Positions 36,657-49,800 of a DNA stretch of 64,000 nt are shown here, piece after piece (position 1 is the stretch's first letter; the number at the start of each line of letters is the position of its first letter). A program made the position numbers and the translations under genes. The stretch is from Basidiobolus meristosporus CBS 931.73. Lineage: Eukaryota; Fungi; Basidiobolomycota. The stretch covers positions 1 to 64,000 of the forward strand of contig MCFE01000011.1 in assembly GCA_002104905.1 (NCBI GenBank), given 5' to 3'. Below the pieces are notes generated by a model, which did not search any database, was not told the origin of the DNA, and was given only the letters and a program-made list of their open reading frames with translations.

Positions 36657-38511
36657 ACAGTTGTAGAGATGATATTGGTTCGTTATAGATTATCAATAGT
36701 TACCTTTCAATTGTGACTGATTCGAAAGTGTGGGAGTACTTCGTGGCAATATACAATTAGCGTCACTACTCATGTATCACCTTCATAAATCTCGACAGTT
36801 TCACATCCTTTGAGGCTGTTGAGGGTCTTCTCAAAACTGTGCCAATACAATATAAAATTATCGTAGTGTTGAATGTATGAAATATGTCATTGGAAAGCTC
36901 CCTATGATATTTCTGCTCAAAAACTATACAATGGTGTGCAATTGTCGGAAAGTAACCTATTAGAATTTTAAATAACTAATGAGCTGTGGTCTAGGGTATT
37001 TCGAAGATGTTCAGAATCTTCATTGCTTAACTATTTATGGCTGTGTTTTCCGAATCATCGGGATAGCTAATCAATTAATTGATTTGGTGAATAATTAGCT
37101 CCTAAAAATCTCTAGCCTCTAATATAGGATAAGTCTGTGGTAGCTGCGCCATCCGTCATATGCTATCGTTTGGAGCGCATCAACTATGACCTCAAGAAAC
37201 TATTGATTAATGTTGCTCTTTGATCATTGTCGTGGTGTGCTCCTAAAGGGTTAGTACTTTTGAGAAAGTTTATTATGGAAATACTTAACTAAATTCACCC
37301 CAACTATTTCTAGCCCAGCCTCATAATAGCGTTACTTATAGTCACAAGAACATGACCTTCTCTGATGCAGCCAAAACAAAACTCGTAGAATTCATTTTGT
37401 TATGGACAATATCGAAATTCCGTATTTTAACACCTAAAACTTAGACCCTTTGTTTCGTATCACTAGCTTTACCAAGCTCTAATATAAGTATGAAAGCCTT
37501 CGTTGAACTCAACAAACCAACAAGTGAATATCATTCAGATCTTTCAGTGCTCCAAACTGCTTCTGATACACTACAAAGGCTCGCAGCGAATCCATTTCAC
37601 TGTAGCAGACAAGATAACAAATTGTTGTAAACTCCATGTTTACACCTAAATATTTACAGTAACTGAGTCTATGTCCTTACTATTTCCCAGCCAAATTTTC
37701 TGTCAGGATTTTGAATATTTTCACTAAATACTAAGTACCCAGAATATCATGTTTTTCATAGTGATCCAAATGACCGCAAACTTTGGGCACATACTCTTGG
37801 GGCCGCAATAAGCATATGCTAGATTCGTTTTACCAAAACATCGCAAACGCATAAATACATCTTTTATATTCAATAAAACATAAAGCAAAGGCAACATAGT
37901 CAGCTCGCTCTTCCAATCACTTCGAATACCTCTAGAATCCTCTTGACATCAATAAGGTTCTTTGTATTTGAATCAACTTGGATAACTTGAGTGATTATTT
38001 CATTTGGCTCATTGGGCAAAAACACAATGTGTGGAAATCAGGAGATGCATTGTAGAAGGTAATATTATGTGCGCAGTTTATTTGTTATTTGGAAGACTTC
38101 GTCTTTTTAGTACACGCACAACTCTGAAGATGTAACAATTTACTATTTCCAACTATCTCAGTAAAGTTTAGTAAGATTTTCGTAACATAAAAAGGCAATA
38201 TACTACCTGCTGGTATCAGCACCGTAGGTTAGGAAAATCCGGAGTATTACTTCAGCATGTTACTTTTCCCAACAATAAATAACATGAGAACAGCTAACCT
38301 ATTTGTTAGTCCTTTGAAAATAGAAATACAAGTAAGCTGCAACATACCGTTAGAATACTGTTTAACCTGGATTCGTTTAGCTTAAAGTTAGATTAGTTGG
38401 AATGCCTATTAAAACTCCAAATATCTAGTATACATTAGGATCCAAGAATCAAGAACACAGTAACTTGGTTGGGCGATGGCCATGATTTTTTACCCAGAAT
38501 TGACAATTTCC

Positions 38512-39160
38512 GGATCAATGATGTATAGCCTATCTAACCTGATTCGGTTCTTCCTCCAAAATAGATAGCATCCAACTTGCCATCCGATCCCCACCCTCCT
38601 GGTGTGCTAGGATCAGCTCCCATCCATCAATCCACACTTCCCAATTAGCCTCGCATAACGCTAGCCTACATTCTTTATGTGCAATGGTGCAGATTCCTCA
38701 TTCCGATCCAGGGCTGGCCTTCATTGCCCTGACTAGACTGCCAACTCAACGTCCCCTCCTCACACCATGCATCACCTTCGCATCACACCACACCATACCG
38801 CACCCCTCGTCACCAACGTCAACACCCTCGAAATGACCCATCATCATGGCTACACTCATTTCCACAGCCAAACTTACCCCAGCCCTAACCCAAACTCAAA
38901 CATAGACCCTCGCTCTCCCACACCCACACTGACTCCCATATAGCCCCTGCCTCAACTTCTGTCAGCTATTCATCCTCGTTCTGCTTCATCCCTCGCTCAC
39001 CTTCCCTCCCCTCTTTTCTTTTCCCCTCTGAAATAGTCAGCCCCACCTTCCCCTAATCCGAACCATCTCTAATCTTCATCCCTGCCTGGCCAAAACCCTA
39101 TTGCCACCCGAATTACAATTCCCATCACCTTTCCAGCAGGTTAGCCAATCGGTTCCGCAT
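38512..39160 (+). repeat. Left arm of a long inverted repeat (partner 42248-42966)
   Basis: 38512-38829 is the exact reverse complement of 42644-42966 except for one extra 5-bp CACCA unit in the right arm. The inner part to 39160 is diverged but alignable, and strongly C/T-rich on the + strand. Confidence 0.95.
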
Positions 39161-39696
39161 CAACCAATATCAAAAGGTTGACCATTCTCGGGTAACCAAA
39201 CAATAGTTACGCCATTTGTACCAAGCATCAAAATATCCTTGTGAAATGAGCTTGAAGGTGCAAAAACAGATAATACAGTTTATTATTACGGGTTGTACCA
39301 AATGAATTGAATGTTGCGAATGTAACATGGAATTTGATGGACTCTTTCATTTAAGAAATCCAATAACCGCTAGCCCACAGATATTCATTGGGCGTAAATT
39401 AACTTCCACCTGGTCTTTACCATATAGGTCCATCGATCTTGGTGAAGAGAAAATTCTAGCGTGGGCATGTGACTGTACGTTGCATTTGTTAATAAAGATG
39501 TTGTTTGTAAAGGCGAAGTATATTGTTGAATTGTTGTTGAATGTGGCCTGATGATAAAATCCAGCTAAACATGGACCACGATGGCAAATACTAGAGATAA
39601 CAACGAAGAGCTTGAATTATGTACAGGAAAACAAATATCTAAACATAAAGTATAATAAATAATCAACGGGACGAACTCCATCTACTGGTAACAAAA

Positions 39697-40482
39697 CTAC
39701 ACACAAGCTGCCCGGCGAGGCAACGTAGGTGTGCCGGGCTCAGAGAATTCGGAGTTTTTGCCCTGCAGGTTCAATGAGTTTTCGTGCTCTACTAACTGAT
39801 AAATTAAGCCCATATTGGGCGAAATGGTTGAGCTACGGGCTTTGACATATGAATATGCCTCGTTAACATTCATTCGAAGTGTCCGCATCACATACGCGAT
39901 GATTAAGCTGGCCGATCGAGAAACCCCGCACTGACAGTGGACCAGCACTGGAAAGCCGCGGGAGCGAGCTTCATCGATGTATGAAAATGCCGCTTCGAAG
40001 GAATCAACGATGTTTTCCTGATTGTGCCCCCAAGGAAATTTCTTATAGCCAACAAACCGGCGATCGGAGCCCGATTCTAAAGGGATGCGAGAGTCGCAGC
40101 TGTGGGGGTCTCTAAGATATGGGTTTGTGACCTCTTTGGCGACATTCAAGATATAGTGAATGTCGAACTTCTGTAGATTCTCTTTGCTAGAGGCGTTGGA
40201 CTCAGTTCCCAGATATAGCAGTGGCAGTATGCATACTGGTCCATTTTCGTAAGGAGAAGCGCAGTTGACTAGGGATTCCTTGGCGGGTATCTCGGTGAGG
40301 CTCCGACAGATGGAAGCGACTGTGTTTCTTGGAGTTGAAGGGACTAAAGACTGGACGGCGCTGCCGGACAGGACTAACGAAAGGTTTTTTGAATTTCTAT
40401 TTTTCATCACCATCATCGGTTTTTTCGAAATGGAGCCCGAGGAAAGACGATTGATCGAATGGCTGGAAAAAGCTAGAGTCAT
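39697..40482 (-). CDS. Dual-specificity (MAP kinase) phosphatase, Pmp1/Msg5-like, 261 aa
   Basis: Intact active-site loop VLVHCQCGVSRSASLIIAYVM, plus LYLG, YILNVAKEV and ISPNMGLIYQL; N-terminal KNRNSKNLSL resembles the docking-type motif of fungal MAPK phosphatases. Confidence 0.9.
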   Translation of the reverse strand: MTLAFSSHSINRLSSGSISKKPMMVMKNRNSKNLSLVLSGSAVQSLVPSTPRNTVASICRSLTEIPAKESLVNCASPYENGPVCILPLLYLGTESNASSKENLQKFDIHYILNVAKEVTNPYLRDPHSCDSRIPLESGSDRRFVGYKKFPWGHNQENIVDSFEAAFSYIDEARSRGFPVLVHCQCGVSRSASLIIAYVMRTLRMNVNEAYSYVKARSSTISPNMGLIYQLVEHENSLNLQGKNSEFSEPGTPTLPRRAACV

Positions 40483-42247
40483 TTTGCGTGGAATCTATCG
40501 TATCAAGTAAAGGCTCGATAAAAGAATCTAGGTGATGTAGGCTTAGCCCTCTAGGCGAATGTATAATACTTAATTAGATGGAGAATAACGGCAATGCCAC
40601 GACAGACGTTTGGTTATATATGAAAAATCAGCACCTCAGCGAGATGCCGATTTGGATTATCGATGAATGGAAAAATAACATATGAGGTGGTTACATGCAT
40701 CTCTACACGCATGGAGTGTTTTCAGAACAACCAAATGATGCATTCTTTGCTGCATTGAGGAGAATGCCGAATCATAGAATTACATGTTCCTTGACTACCC
40801 CTTTTGGATATGTTTAATTGGATGCAAATAATTACTGTCCTACCGAATTAGATTAATTACCTAAACCTTTTGTTGGCTCCATCATGAAGCTGCTGTACGC
40901 AAATGAAATTACGAGATCGTGTATATAATGGTTGCAAATGATATCAGGCCTAGCCTGGTGCTAGCTGCCGCCCGGTGCACATTGACAATGAATTTTGTGT
41001 AGAGCATCAGGATATGCATGCACATGATAGAGTCATTGCTTTGCCAGGGCGCTAGGCTCTGCCATGATTAGGATACAGACATGCCTCTGGCATATGGGCA
41101 GCCGTTTGGCACAGATCGTGTGATATGTGCCAAGTTGGCGTTATCCCAGTCGGCCAGTAATCCAAATTTGACATGATTACCTTTCCGACTGGGAATGGTG
41201 ATCTGTAAGGGTGACACAAGCCGGAGTTGCCGTCACTAAGAATACCAATGTTACCATCAGCGCTCCCTCAAAGAGGATATTACTAATCACACTGCCCACC
41301 GTATCACCATCACCAAACTTGCCATCATCCACGCCGGAATTTGGCAATCGGAGGACTCTTCGACTGGTACGCTGTCTATCCAAACACCCCAACCCCTCTT
41401 GTGCCCCATTTCTAGGCTCTTGGATGGTTGCGGGCAGTAACGGTATCCCAAGATGGAATTCTGAATGATGCTTTGAAATCTAATGCAAGACAGAATTTCG
41501 TTGTTGGCTACTCATCTGAATAGGTGACACTCGCATTGTCGATCAGAACGGAGAGGAGGCCATTATCCGAAAGTGTCAATCCAATGAATTCATATGCTTT
41601 TTAAAGTATTCTGCCCAATTCAAGTTAGTTTTGCCAAATCATCTGTACCACCCAGGCCTCTAATTTTAGAATCCCCGTGGAATTCCTCATTTCTAACGCG
41701 TCTGTAGCGCTGATACGATGATTTTCCGCAACCTCCATGAAATCCGCATTTAAAAATATCTGCCTTGGTCCCAATGTACACAATCTACTGGATTCAGGAA
41801 TGCTACAGGTGATCACGTCGTTACCACATCATATTACACGAGGGCCTAGGCTCAGTTCTCAACTTCGGCACATCTTGGAATAAATTCTGTGCAACACCGC
41901 GAGCAAGTAATCTACTCTGCTCCGCCTCCAATGAGCACAAAAAGTGCTGGCAGTTTGCGGTGTGGGCTTGCGACATTTCGCGTCCGTCTTACCCTGTTGA
42001 CGTGGGGAATTTTCTTGTGGATGGAGCGAATAGGATGCATTTGGGTTTCATCCCATTCGAGATTATCGGAATTCGCTGGTTCTATTCTTGTCGTGAAGTC
42101 AGGTTGATGATCTCTGGAAACTCCTTGTATGTTTATTTCGCCTATTCTGGCTACCTATCAGCGGTGGTTTAATTGTGGTTTCGCATGGTGGGAGGAAGTG
42201 CACAGTTACACAAACATTTGGTTTGCCTTTGATACAAAACCAATTGA

Positions 42248-42966
42248 ATGCGGAACCGATTGGCTAACGCGCTGGAGAATGGGAATTGCAATTGGAGTGG
42301 CAATAGGGCTTGGGCTAGGTAGGGATGAAAATCAGATATGGTTCGGATTAGGGGAAGGTGGGGCTGACTATTTCAGAGGGGGAAAGGGGAGGAGAGGAAA
42401 GGAGTGGAGTGAGGGACAGAGTAGGATGAGGATGGGGATGGGGGTGAAGATGAGTAGATGGCAAAAGTGGCGGCAGGGGTAGTACGGATGATGGAGCGAG
42501 AAGTGAGAGTGAGGGCCTGGGTTTGAGTTTGGGTTAGGGCCGAGGTGAGTTTGGTTGAGAGCGAGGGTGCTGGTGCTGTCGGGGAGAATATTAGTGTGAA
42601 TGCTCGTGTGAATATGAATGCAGCCATGATGATAGGTCATTTTGAGGGTGTTGACGTTGGTGACGAGGGGTGCGGTATGGTGTGGTGTGGTGTGATGCGA
42701 AGGTGATGCATGGTGTGAGGAGGGGACGTTGAGTTGGCAGTCTAGTCAGGGCAATGAAGGCCAGCCCTGGATCGGAATGAGGAATCTGCACCATTGCACA
42801 TAAAGAATGTAGGCTAGCGTTATGCGAGGCTAATTGGGAAGTGTGGATTGATGGATGGGAGCTGATCCTAGCACACCAGGAGGGTGGGGATCGGATGGCA
42901 AGTTGGATGCTATCTATTTTGGAGGAAGAACCGAATCAGGTTAGATAGGCTATACATCATTGATCC
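42248..42966 (-). repeat. Right arm of the long inverted repeat (partner 38512-39160)
   Basis: See left arm. G/A-rich on the + strand; has an extra segment of about 50 bp near 42560-42610. Confidence 0.95.
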
Positions 42967-43499
42967 AGTAACCTGTGAGTGTGGTGTCATCATTAAATTT
43001 GTTTGTAATATGTATATCCATGTGGCATAAAAAGGCGCTCTTATGTTATTCAAAAGCAAGATAAATTTATTACCTCAAGACCCTGTGTATGATTTAATAC
43101 CGAAAAAATACTATTAAGGTAAATATTTGAATTTATTTGAACTAGATACCCAAGTAGTTCATTTATCATTATTAGCCAGTCTCCAATCCCCGGGGAAGTC
43201 ACAATTTCACACCCATCATCCATCAACTTGTTCAATATTTATTTACTTAAATATGCTCTTACAATTCCATTAGCTACAAACAATATACCCTTGTAAGACA
43301 TCAACTAATATATACCATTTTCATTGGAATCATGAAACCAGCAAAGTTACTTTACTAGAGCCGACTTCATCTTAAATGCTTCACACATTGAGTGCGTTCA
43401 AAGTTCCATAAAATACCACTATCTAAGGAGCTGTTGTTGATTACATTAGAGGCTAAATAAAAGTATTCTGTAAAAAAAGTTATAGTTAATGTATGTATC

Positions 43500-45530
43500 A
43501 TCTGTTGTAAATCAGGTAGTACACCTAGATACTCCATTAACTTTGTCACTTTGATCATAGCCTACAAATTTTAGAGTATTCTGCTCAAATTCCTTGTTGA
43601 GATATACCTTGAATAGTTCACCAAAATATCAGGTACCCAGGACATAAATGACCTCAGAGCTATCCTAAGTCCTCAAGCTTTTCACACATGTTCTTGGGAT
43701 ATTCTTATATATATTCTATGTGATTTTTTTGCCAAGACCATGTAAAAGTATAAATGCCACTTTTACATTCAATAAATCATCAAGTGAAAGCCACATAATC
43801 TACTTGATCTCCCAATCACTTCCAATATCTCCAAAACTCTTACAACGGTTTCCATAGAATTTAAAGCACTAAAAGAAATTATTCTTGTTATAGCTGACTT
43901 ACAAATGCAATTGGAGCATGCTTTGGAAAGGCTTTAAGAGATGTATGCTTAGAGTTACTGGATAACTTTAGTAGCCTTTTCTTTATTCATTTTTTTGACT
44001 TGTTTAGGAGCTGTTGAACAATCAAATAAAATCAATTCCGAAGATTTGGACGAATTTCCGATACACCCTGTAAATTCTGCTTCAAAAGTTTTGAAGATAT
44101 CGGCTGGAAGTGATTGGAGAACTAGTAGATTGTGTGGTTCTCACTTGATGATTTATTGACCATAAAAGTCGTATTTATACTTCATGTTAAAGGCAAACCA
44201 AGTGTTGTATATGTGTTTATTGCTGTGGATTTTAGTTTACACCTAAACCATTCATATAACATTAGATTCGACTTGACTTATTGCTAATTTATGAGTTCGT
44301 TCTGTGAATCACTTCCAAAACTCCCTAGAATCTTGCATCATTTATAACGATTCCAAGAGCAACCAAGCTAAGTCTGCTTTCGAGCAAAGTTGGATATTTT
44401 CAACAAGATGTCAGATATCTACAACATTAAAATTCTTAAAGAAAACCTTGAATTTTGGCAGGAAATGATGAAGCTCATAAGCTATGATCTAAATGACCAA
44501 GTTAATGTAAGTATCTAGGTGCATGTGTTTAAATATTCCGCTTACACCTAATCCATGTATGTACCTTTGGATTCAATTTGGCTTATTGCTAAACTATGAA
44601 TTATTTACTTAAGATTTAGTTCGGAATATATCAGCTAATTCTTGGAATTAGTGAAGGCCTGGAAGTTATCAGGTTTTTCATAAACTCGTCCAAAAGGCAC
44701 CAAACCCCTTACTGGAACTTTTTTTGTAGCACCCTGTTATAAGTGCTACGAAGCTCTCCTAAAAGTATAAATTCTCTATCTAAATTCAATCAAACAATAA
44801 GAGAATATCATCCAATTCTTCTGGTTCTCCAAATCACTTCCAATGCTCCCCAGAATTTTGTAACAGTATATACAAAATTTAGAACAAATTCCACAATATT
44901 TGGGAGAAGCGCAACTAAAGCACATGCAAGCTTAAGAGGTCTATTGGGTCTGTGACTAGTGCACCGCGCTACAATGAAGAGACCTGCCCTTGTGAATTTA
45001 GTCAGGCCAAATATTAACCAAAAGTTTGCAACAGAAATTTCAATTTTTCACTATTGGATGATTAACCCTATCTACTTTTCCATCCTAAATGATCTGGTGT
45101 AACTTAGAGTCTTATGGAGCCAAAAAATATAGCTATTTAACAAGTTAAGCTAATTAAACCAGTAAAGCTACAGTAGTTGTTATAAGAGCATTGGAGATAT
45201 TGGAAGTGATTGGGAGAACAAGTAGATTATGTAGTTTTCACTTAATGATTTATTGAATGCAAAAGTAGTATTTATACTTTCACATGGTCTTGGCATACCA
45301 AACAAGTAAAATATGTTTAGGAAGGTCCCAAGAACATGTGTGCAAAGTTTGGTGCTGTTTGGACAACATAACAAAATTACATGTTCTGGGTATCTGATGT
45401 TTCGGTGAAAATATTCCAAGTAAATCCCGACAAGGAATTTGGTCGGAATTCTCCAAGATTTGTAGGTAATGATCTAAGTGACTAAGTTGGGTGAATATTT
45501 AGGTGCGGTTACGAATTTTTACAACAGTAA
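43500..45530. repeat. Cluster of degenerate copies of the dispersed repeat in alternating orientations (foldback-like; probable TE relic)
   Basis: 43500-43850 (-) pairs with 45180-45530 (+) over about 330 bp. Partial copies at about 44090-44180 (+), 44290 (-), 44490-44530 (+) and 44820-44890 (-). Internal direct repeat TTACACCTAA..CCAT..GATTC.A.TTG.CTTATTGCTAA at about 44225 and 44545. No ORF. Confidence 0.7.
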
Positions 45531-45927
45531 TGAAGCACCTTTACCCGGATTTAAAGTAGGCTCAAACTGATGCTGGAACACTGAAAAATGGGTTGAGTTG
45601 GACTATAGCATATTCGATTATTCTAAATCGAGAGTTTAACAGTAACCCATAAATACTAGTGCCCGCGGAAAGATTCTTATTGTGAGTTGGTATCGTATAC
45701 AAAAAACATGTATGATGCTTAATCAATTTTGGATATTTTAAAGTGATATCGAGTACCATTTGCAACCATCATCTGCCATCAACACAGTAAACAATAGGAG
45801 GCATCAGCTGCCAGTGGGTGTCAAACTATACCGTAGCGTTGGCCCAGCATTGTTGATACATAGACGCCTAAACAATCAATCAATGGTACTAAAAACTAAA
45901 GAGATTTATTTAGTTAAATGCTATGTC

Positions 45928-46886
45928 TTATGCTCTGTTGATATATTTCATTTCAGCAGTGTCTACTAAAATCCTATCACCAGCCTTAACAAAATCAGGG
46001 ATAGTGACACGACAACCATTGGTTAACGTGGCAGGTTTATAGGTGGCACCCTTTGAGTGACCCACAACATCAGTGCATGACTCTACAGTATAAACGTGTT
46101 GAGGCGGAAGACGGAAAGCAACAGGCCCAGCAGACTCGATGAATTGGACCGTAACAACCATGTTATCTATATGAAACATGCTTAGCTATGGTTAAATCAT
46201 AATAAGAGTGGGAAGCATTACCTTCTAGCATTGGGAAAAGCTTTTCACCACCTAAACATTTGTGAGATTAATAATGCATACGATATCCGAGGTAGAGACA
46301 TATAACTATTAACCTTCTAAAGCACTCTTTTCTAGCTCAAGCTCTTCGAAAGTTTCTTGATTAAGAAGATATACTCTGTCACCTGCAGTGTACAAGTATT
46401 GATATTGCTCCAAATGTGCCTGTTTGACTATCATTCAAAATTCGACTGATAGATTAGTAATTGGAGTTGAGTTAAGGTATATTTGATAGTACCTTCAACA
46501 GAGTCACTGGGCTGGAATCTTTCTACGCACTTAGACCCGTTGGTTGTGTTGCGCAACTCCAACTAAGTAAAAGTCTAAGTTTACCAGGTATATATGCGAT
46601 CATTCACATCCACAAACCTTCACCAAAGCACTTCCACGGCCCATAACACCGTGTTCTTTTCCATTCACGACCCATAGACTGTTTTTGAACTCGATGGTTT
46701 GACCTTTTCTCACTGCGTTCACTGCGGTTTTAATTCCTTGGTATTGGACGGCACCAAACCTCTAAGCACTCAAAAAATTAGAATAACCAACCGCGGGAGG
46801 TATGAGTAATATAAACAGGTTACATGGAACAACCCAGTGCTTAAAGGTGTCTTTGCGAAACGACTTCCGATAGTTCTGATAAACAT
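45928..46886 (-). CDS. efp: Bacterial-type translation elongation factor P, probably mitochondrial, 219 aa, 6 exons
   Basis: Exons 46886-46824, 46761-46618, 46562-46493, 46427-46314, 46251-46222, 46166-45928 (660 nt, frame consistent). Motifs VRKGQTIEF, EHGVMGRGSALVKLELRN, YQYLY, ETFEEL, YKPATLTNGCRVTIPDFVKAGDRILVDT..KYINRA. Arg-rich, acid-free N-terminus. Confidence 0.88.
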
Positions 46887-49800
46887 ATTTGTGGAAAATC
46901 TAGAAACAGCAACGAGTACAGTGCTGGAACGACTATTCACCCAAGCATCTCCACATCCATATGCATGAATTTTTAAAAAATTTTGAAGCTACCCCAAAAG
47001 CTGAAAGCAAGGTCACTGGAAATTAGTAATGGTGATAAATTGTTCACAGACATGTCAGAGCGGTTGGATAATTATCTTGCTGCACCATGCCAACCTGGCC
47101 AATACTGCGACTTCGATCAGTTGAGATATGTATATTAAACAGAGATATTAAAACCTCACTCTGAACCTACACCAGTCAGCAGCATCACTCGGGGCGCCAT
47201 CACCATGATAGCATATGTAGGCCCTACAGAAGACAGGTTTCAACCAGAGCATCTGGGGCCATTTGAGGATGTCGCCGCTGAAACTAATCTAATTTTGAAA
47301 ATCAACCATAACCTCATCGGGTTTAATAGGTAAAGTTAATTTTATTAATTCAAAACTAGCAATATCACAGTATCTGGGATATATCGGATGATAGAAGACT
47401 ACTCCACCACCCACACAATCAGGACTAAAACGGTGATACGATCACGGAAACACGAAGAAAATCTTCGCATCCTGCCATTTGCTACCAGAAGCCAGGAATG
47501 GCGGGTTCCGGTTGGCTGTAGCCGCTTTATCGATTGACGTAACCAACCATAGATCAATCGATATTTCGTCATTGGAAATCGATGCCAATATCTGATGAGT
47601 AAGGGACGTATAATGCAAAGCGTGATCGCGTGTTTAGAATGCTGGGCGTTTCCCGTCGTCTTATGTGGTGATTGAATTCCAGAAACCCAACATGGAAGCT
47701 GAACAACTTATGAAACGTGATATCCTTGTGATGGAATGCCCCTATATCGATTGTATCCTTTCAAAACAGTCTGACCACTACGGTAGATTTTGGTGTAATC
47801 AAATCCTGCTTGGTTTCTCACCCTCCTTGCTATATTGGGGGATCTGAAAAATGATGGATTGTTCTCGGCTGATTGGCTACCTCTCAAGTGACTTTGAGTC
47901 ACAGGAAGCTATATAACATGGGTACCTCTCTGTCCGCACCTTATTGGTATATCCCTGACTTTATTTTTCTATGGCTCCTCTGTCTTTCGAAACGATATCT
48001 TTAGAGCCACACTCATCCCAGGCCAGTGCCATAAGCACAATCAACAGTCAGTCGAAACATTCGAAGCCCTCTTCTCTTGGTGGTGTCCCAATGATCCGAG
48101 AAAAGCACACGCGCATTATTCGGAAGCCCAAATTCTCAGAGCACATCTACTCACTGCTCGTGAACAACACCTGTGCCCCGCATATCGGCGAGTCCGCTCT
48201 TCAGTAGTGCTTCCCCCACTTTGTACATGTAATTACCACTATATCAACTGCTATAGAGCATGAATCTTCACAGCCTTTTGTACTATTATACTCCCTTGAA
48301 TCCCATAATACCTAATTTTGATTGTCAGGAGCTTTCAAATAAAAGTCCCTCGAACACACTCCCTTAAAGCTATTGTATAATCTTCGGAATGTGTTCCAGT
48401 CCGTGGCTTGCTTGATGTTATCTTGGCGGTCTCGGTCTTGAATTGTTGTAATAAATCACGGTATCTTTTATACCATATATGTAGTGCCACCTTATTAATA
48501 AATTCCTACCTCGCGTTTCCAATTTTTGCTTCGTTTGTACAAATAAGGAACATGCCTTGAGGGCCAGAAAGTATGCTCAGTCTAATTGGTTGGGATATAT
48601 CAGGGTTACACCCTTTCATCCAGGGACTGCGATACTGAGCCTCCACCACAATACCTCTAAATACAATTTTAGAAAGGGCCAGTGGATTCCTCTTGAAACA
48701 GCACCTGAGTGTTTTCGGAAAATTTAATATCAGTTTATTTCCTTTTCATCAACACCTTCAGGTTGCACCATTCTAGATGGGGAAGATTCCGTCTAAATGT
48801 GAAGGGTGTCGTACGTACAACTGCCGCTATGGCTGGTCACATAAATATTGAACAGAGTGGCTTGTAGTCTGTATGTGTATGGGGAGAGAATATTGCTTTC
48901 ATATGTGGTTGATACATTTGGTTGACCTACAAACCAAAGATTTCTGGGAAATAGGAATCTGTCCCAATCGATCCAGCTTAATTGTTATCCATCCAAGTAT
49001 ATATCTACTCATTCCTGGTGTGGGCTTTAACGTATTGAAAATTCTTGAATCACGCAATTATTTTAGATTACCTTATATCATGGCCATTTCGAGTATTGGG
49101 GTTGTATTCCCCAAAGGGCCCATTCACGTATGGAATGACCATTGGCCAATGGCAATATACAACCATTTGATAGATATAAACCATCCTGAGCGAGAAAGTA
49201 AACGCTTGCCTAATTTCAACTACTACACATTACCTTACTCTTTGGGGTTTACTAACTTCCTAAATTATAACTGACCGTTCGTTTCAAACATGGAAAACCA
49301 AGTAACTACGAATTTTCTGGATGATGCTCGAAAGTACTACCATATACTCTCTCAGACGAACAACAATGCCTATACACCCTTAAGAAGAATCCAGCGGCGA
49401 CGTAACTTAGAGAAGGCAAAGCATTTCTGTTACAATATTGGGAATCAGCGTGTCAAAGAAAACCTGTCAGTTAACGACCTAACAATTCGGCTTCAAGAAT
49501 ATATGACCCGCGTGGATACATCTGAAAGGATACGTTCTGTAAATCGTACCACCAGTGCGTCCCATTTGTTCGCCTTGTAACATACACCAGTTTTTTGGCC
49601 GATTCTATACTTGAGGCATTCTTGTAGTCATACTTCGTTTCCCTATTTTTGTAATTTATTTGCTTGAAACTGTAGTTCCTTGAAGTTGGTGGACTTACCG
49701 TAACCACACTATCACCGCAGCCACCCTCACAGCTTTGATTATTGTATTTAAGCAACGCACTTTTTGGCCTCACTGCTTCCACAAATACTTTAAATCTCTA

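Noticed and set aside
42129-42794. Several short ORFs in the right inverted-repeat arm
   Set aside because: Low-complexity products of purine/pyrimidine strand bias; the left arm does not preserve them.
38512-42966. Autonomous DNA transposon
   Set aside because: No transposase ORF or relic and no target-site duplication found; kept only as an unexplained inverted-repeat structure.
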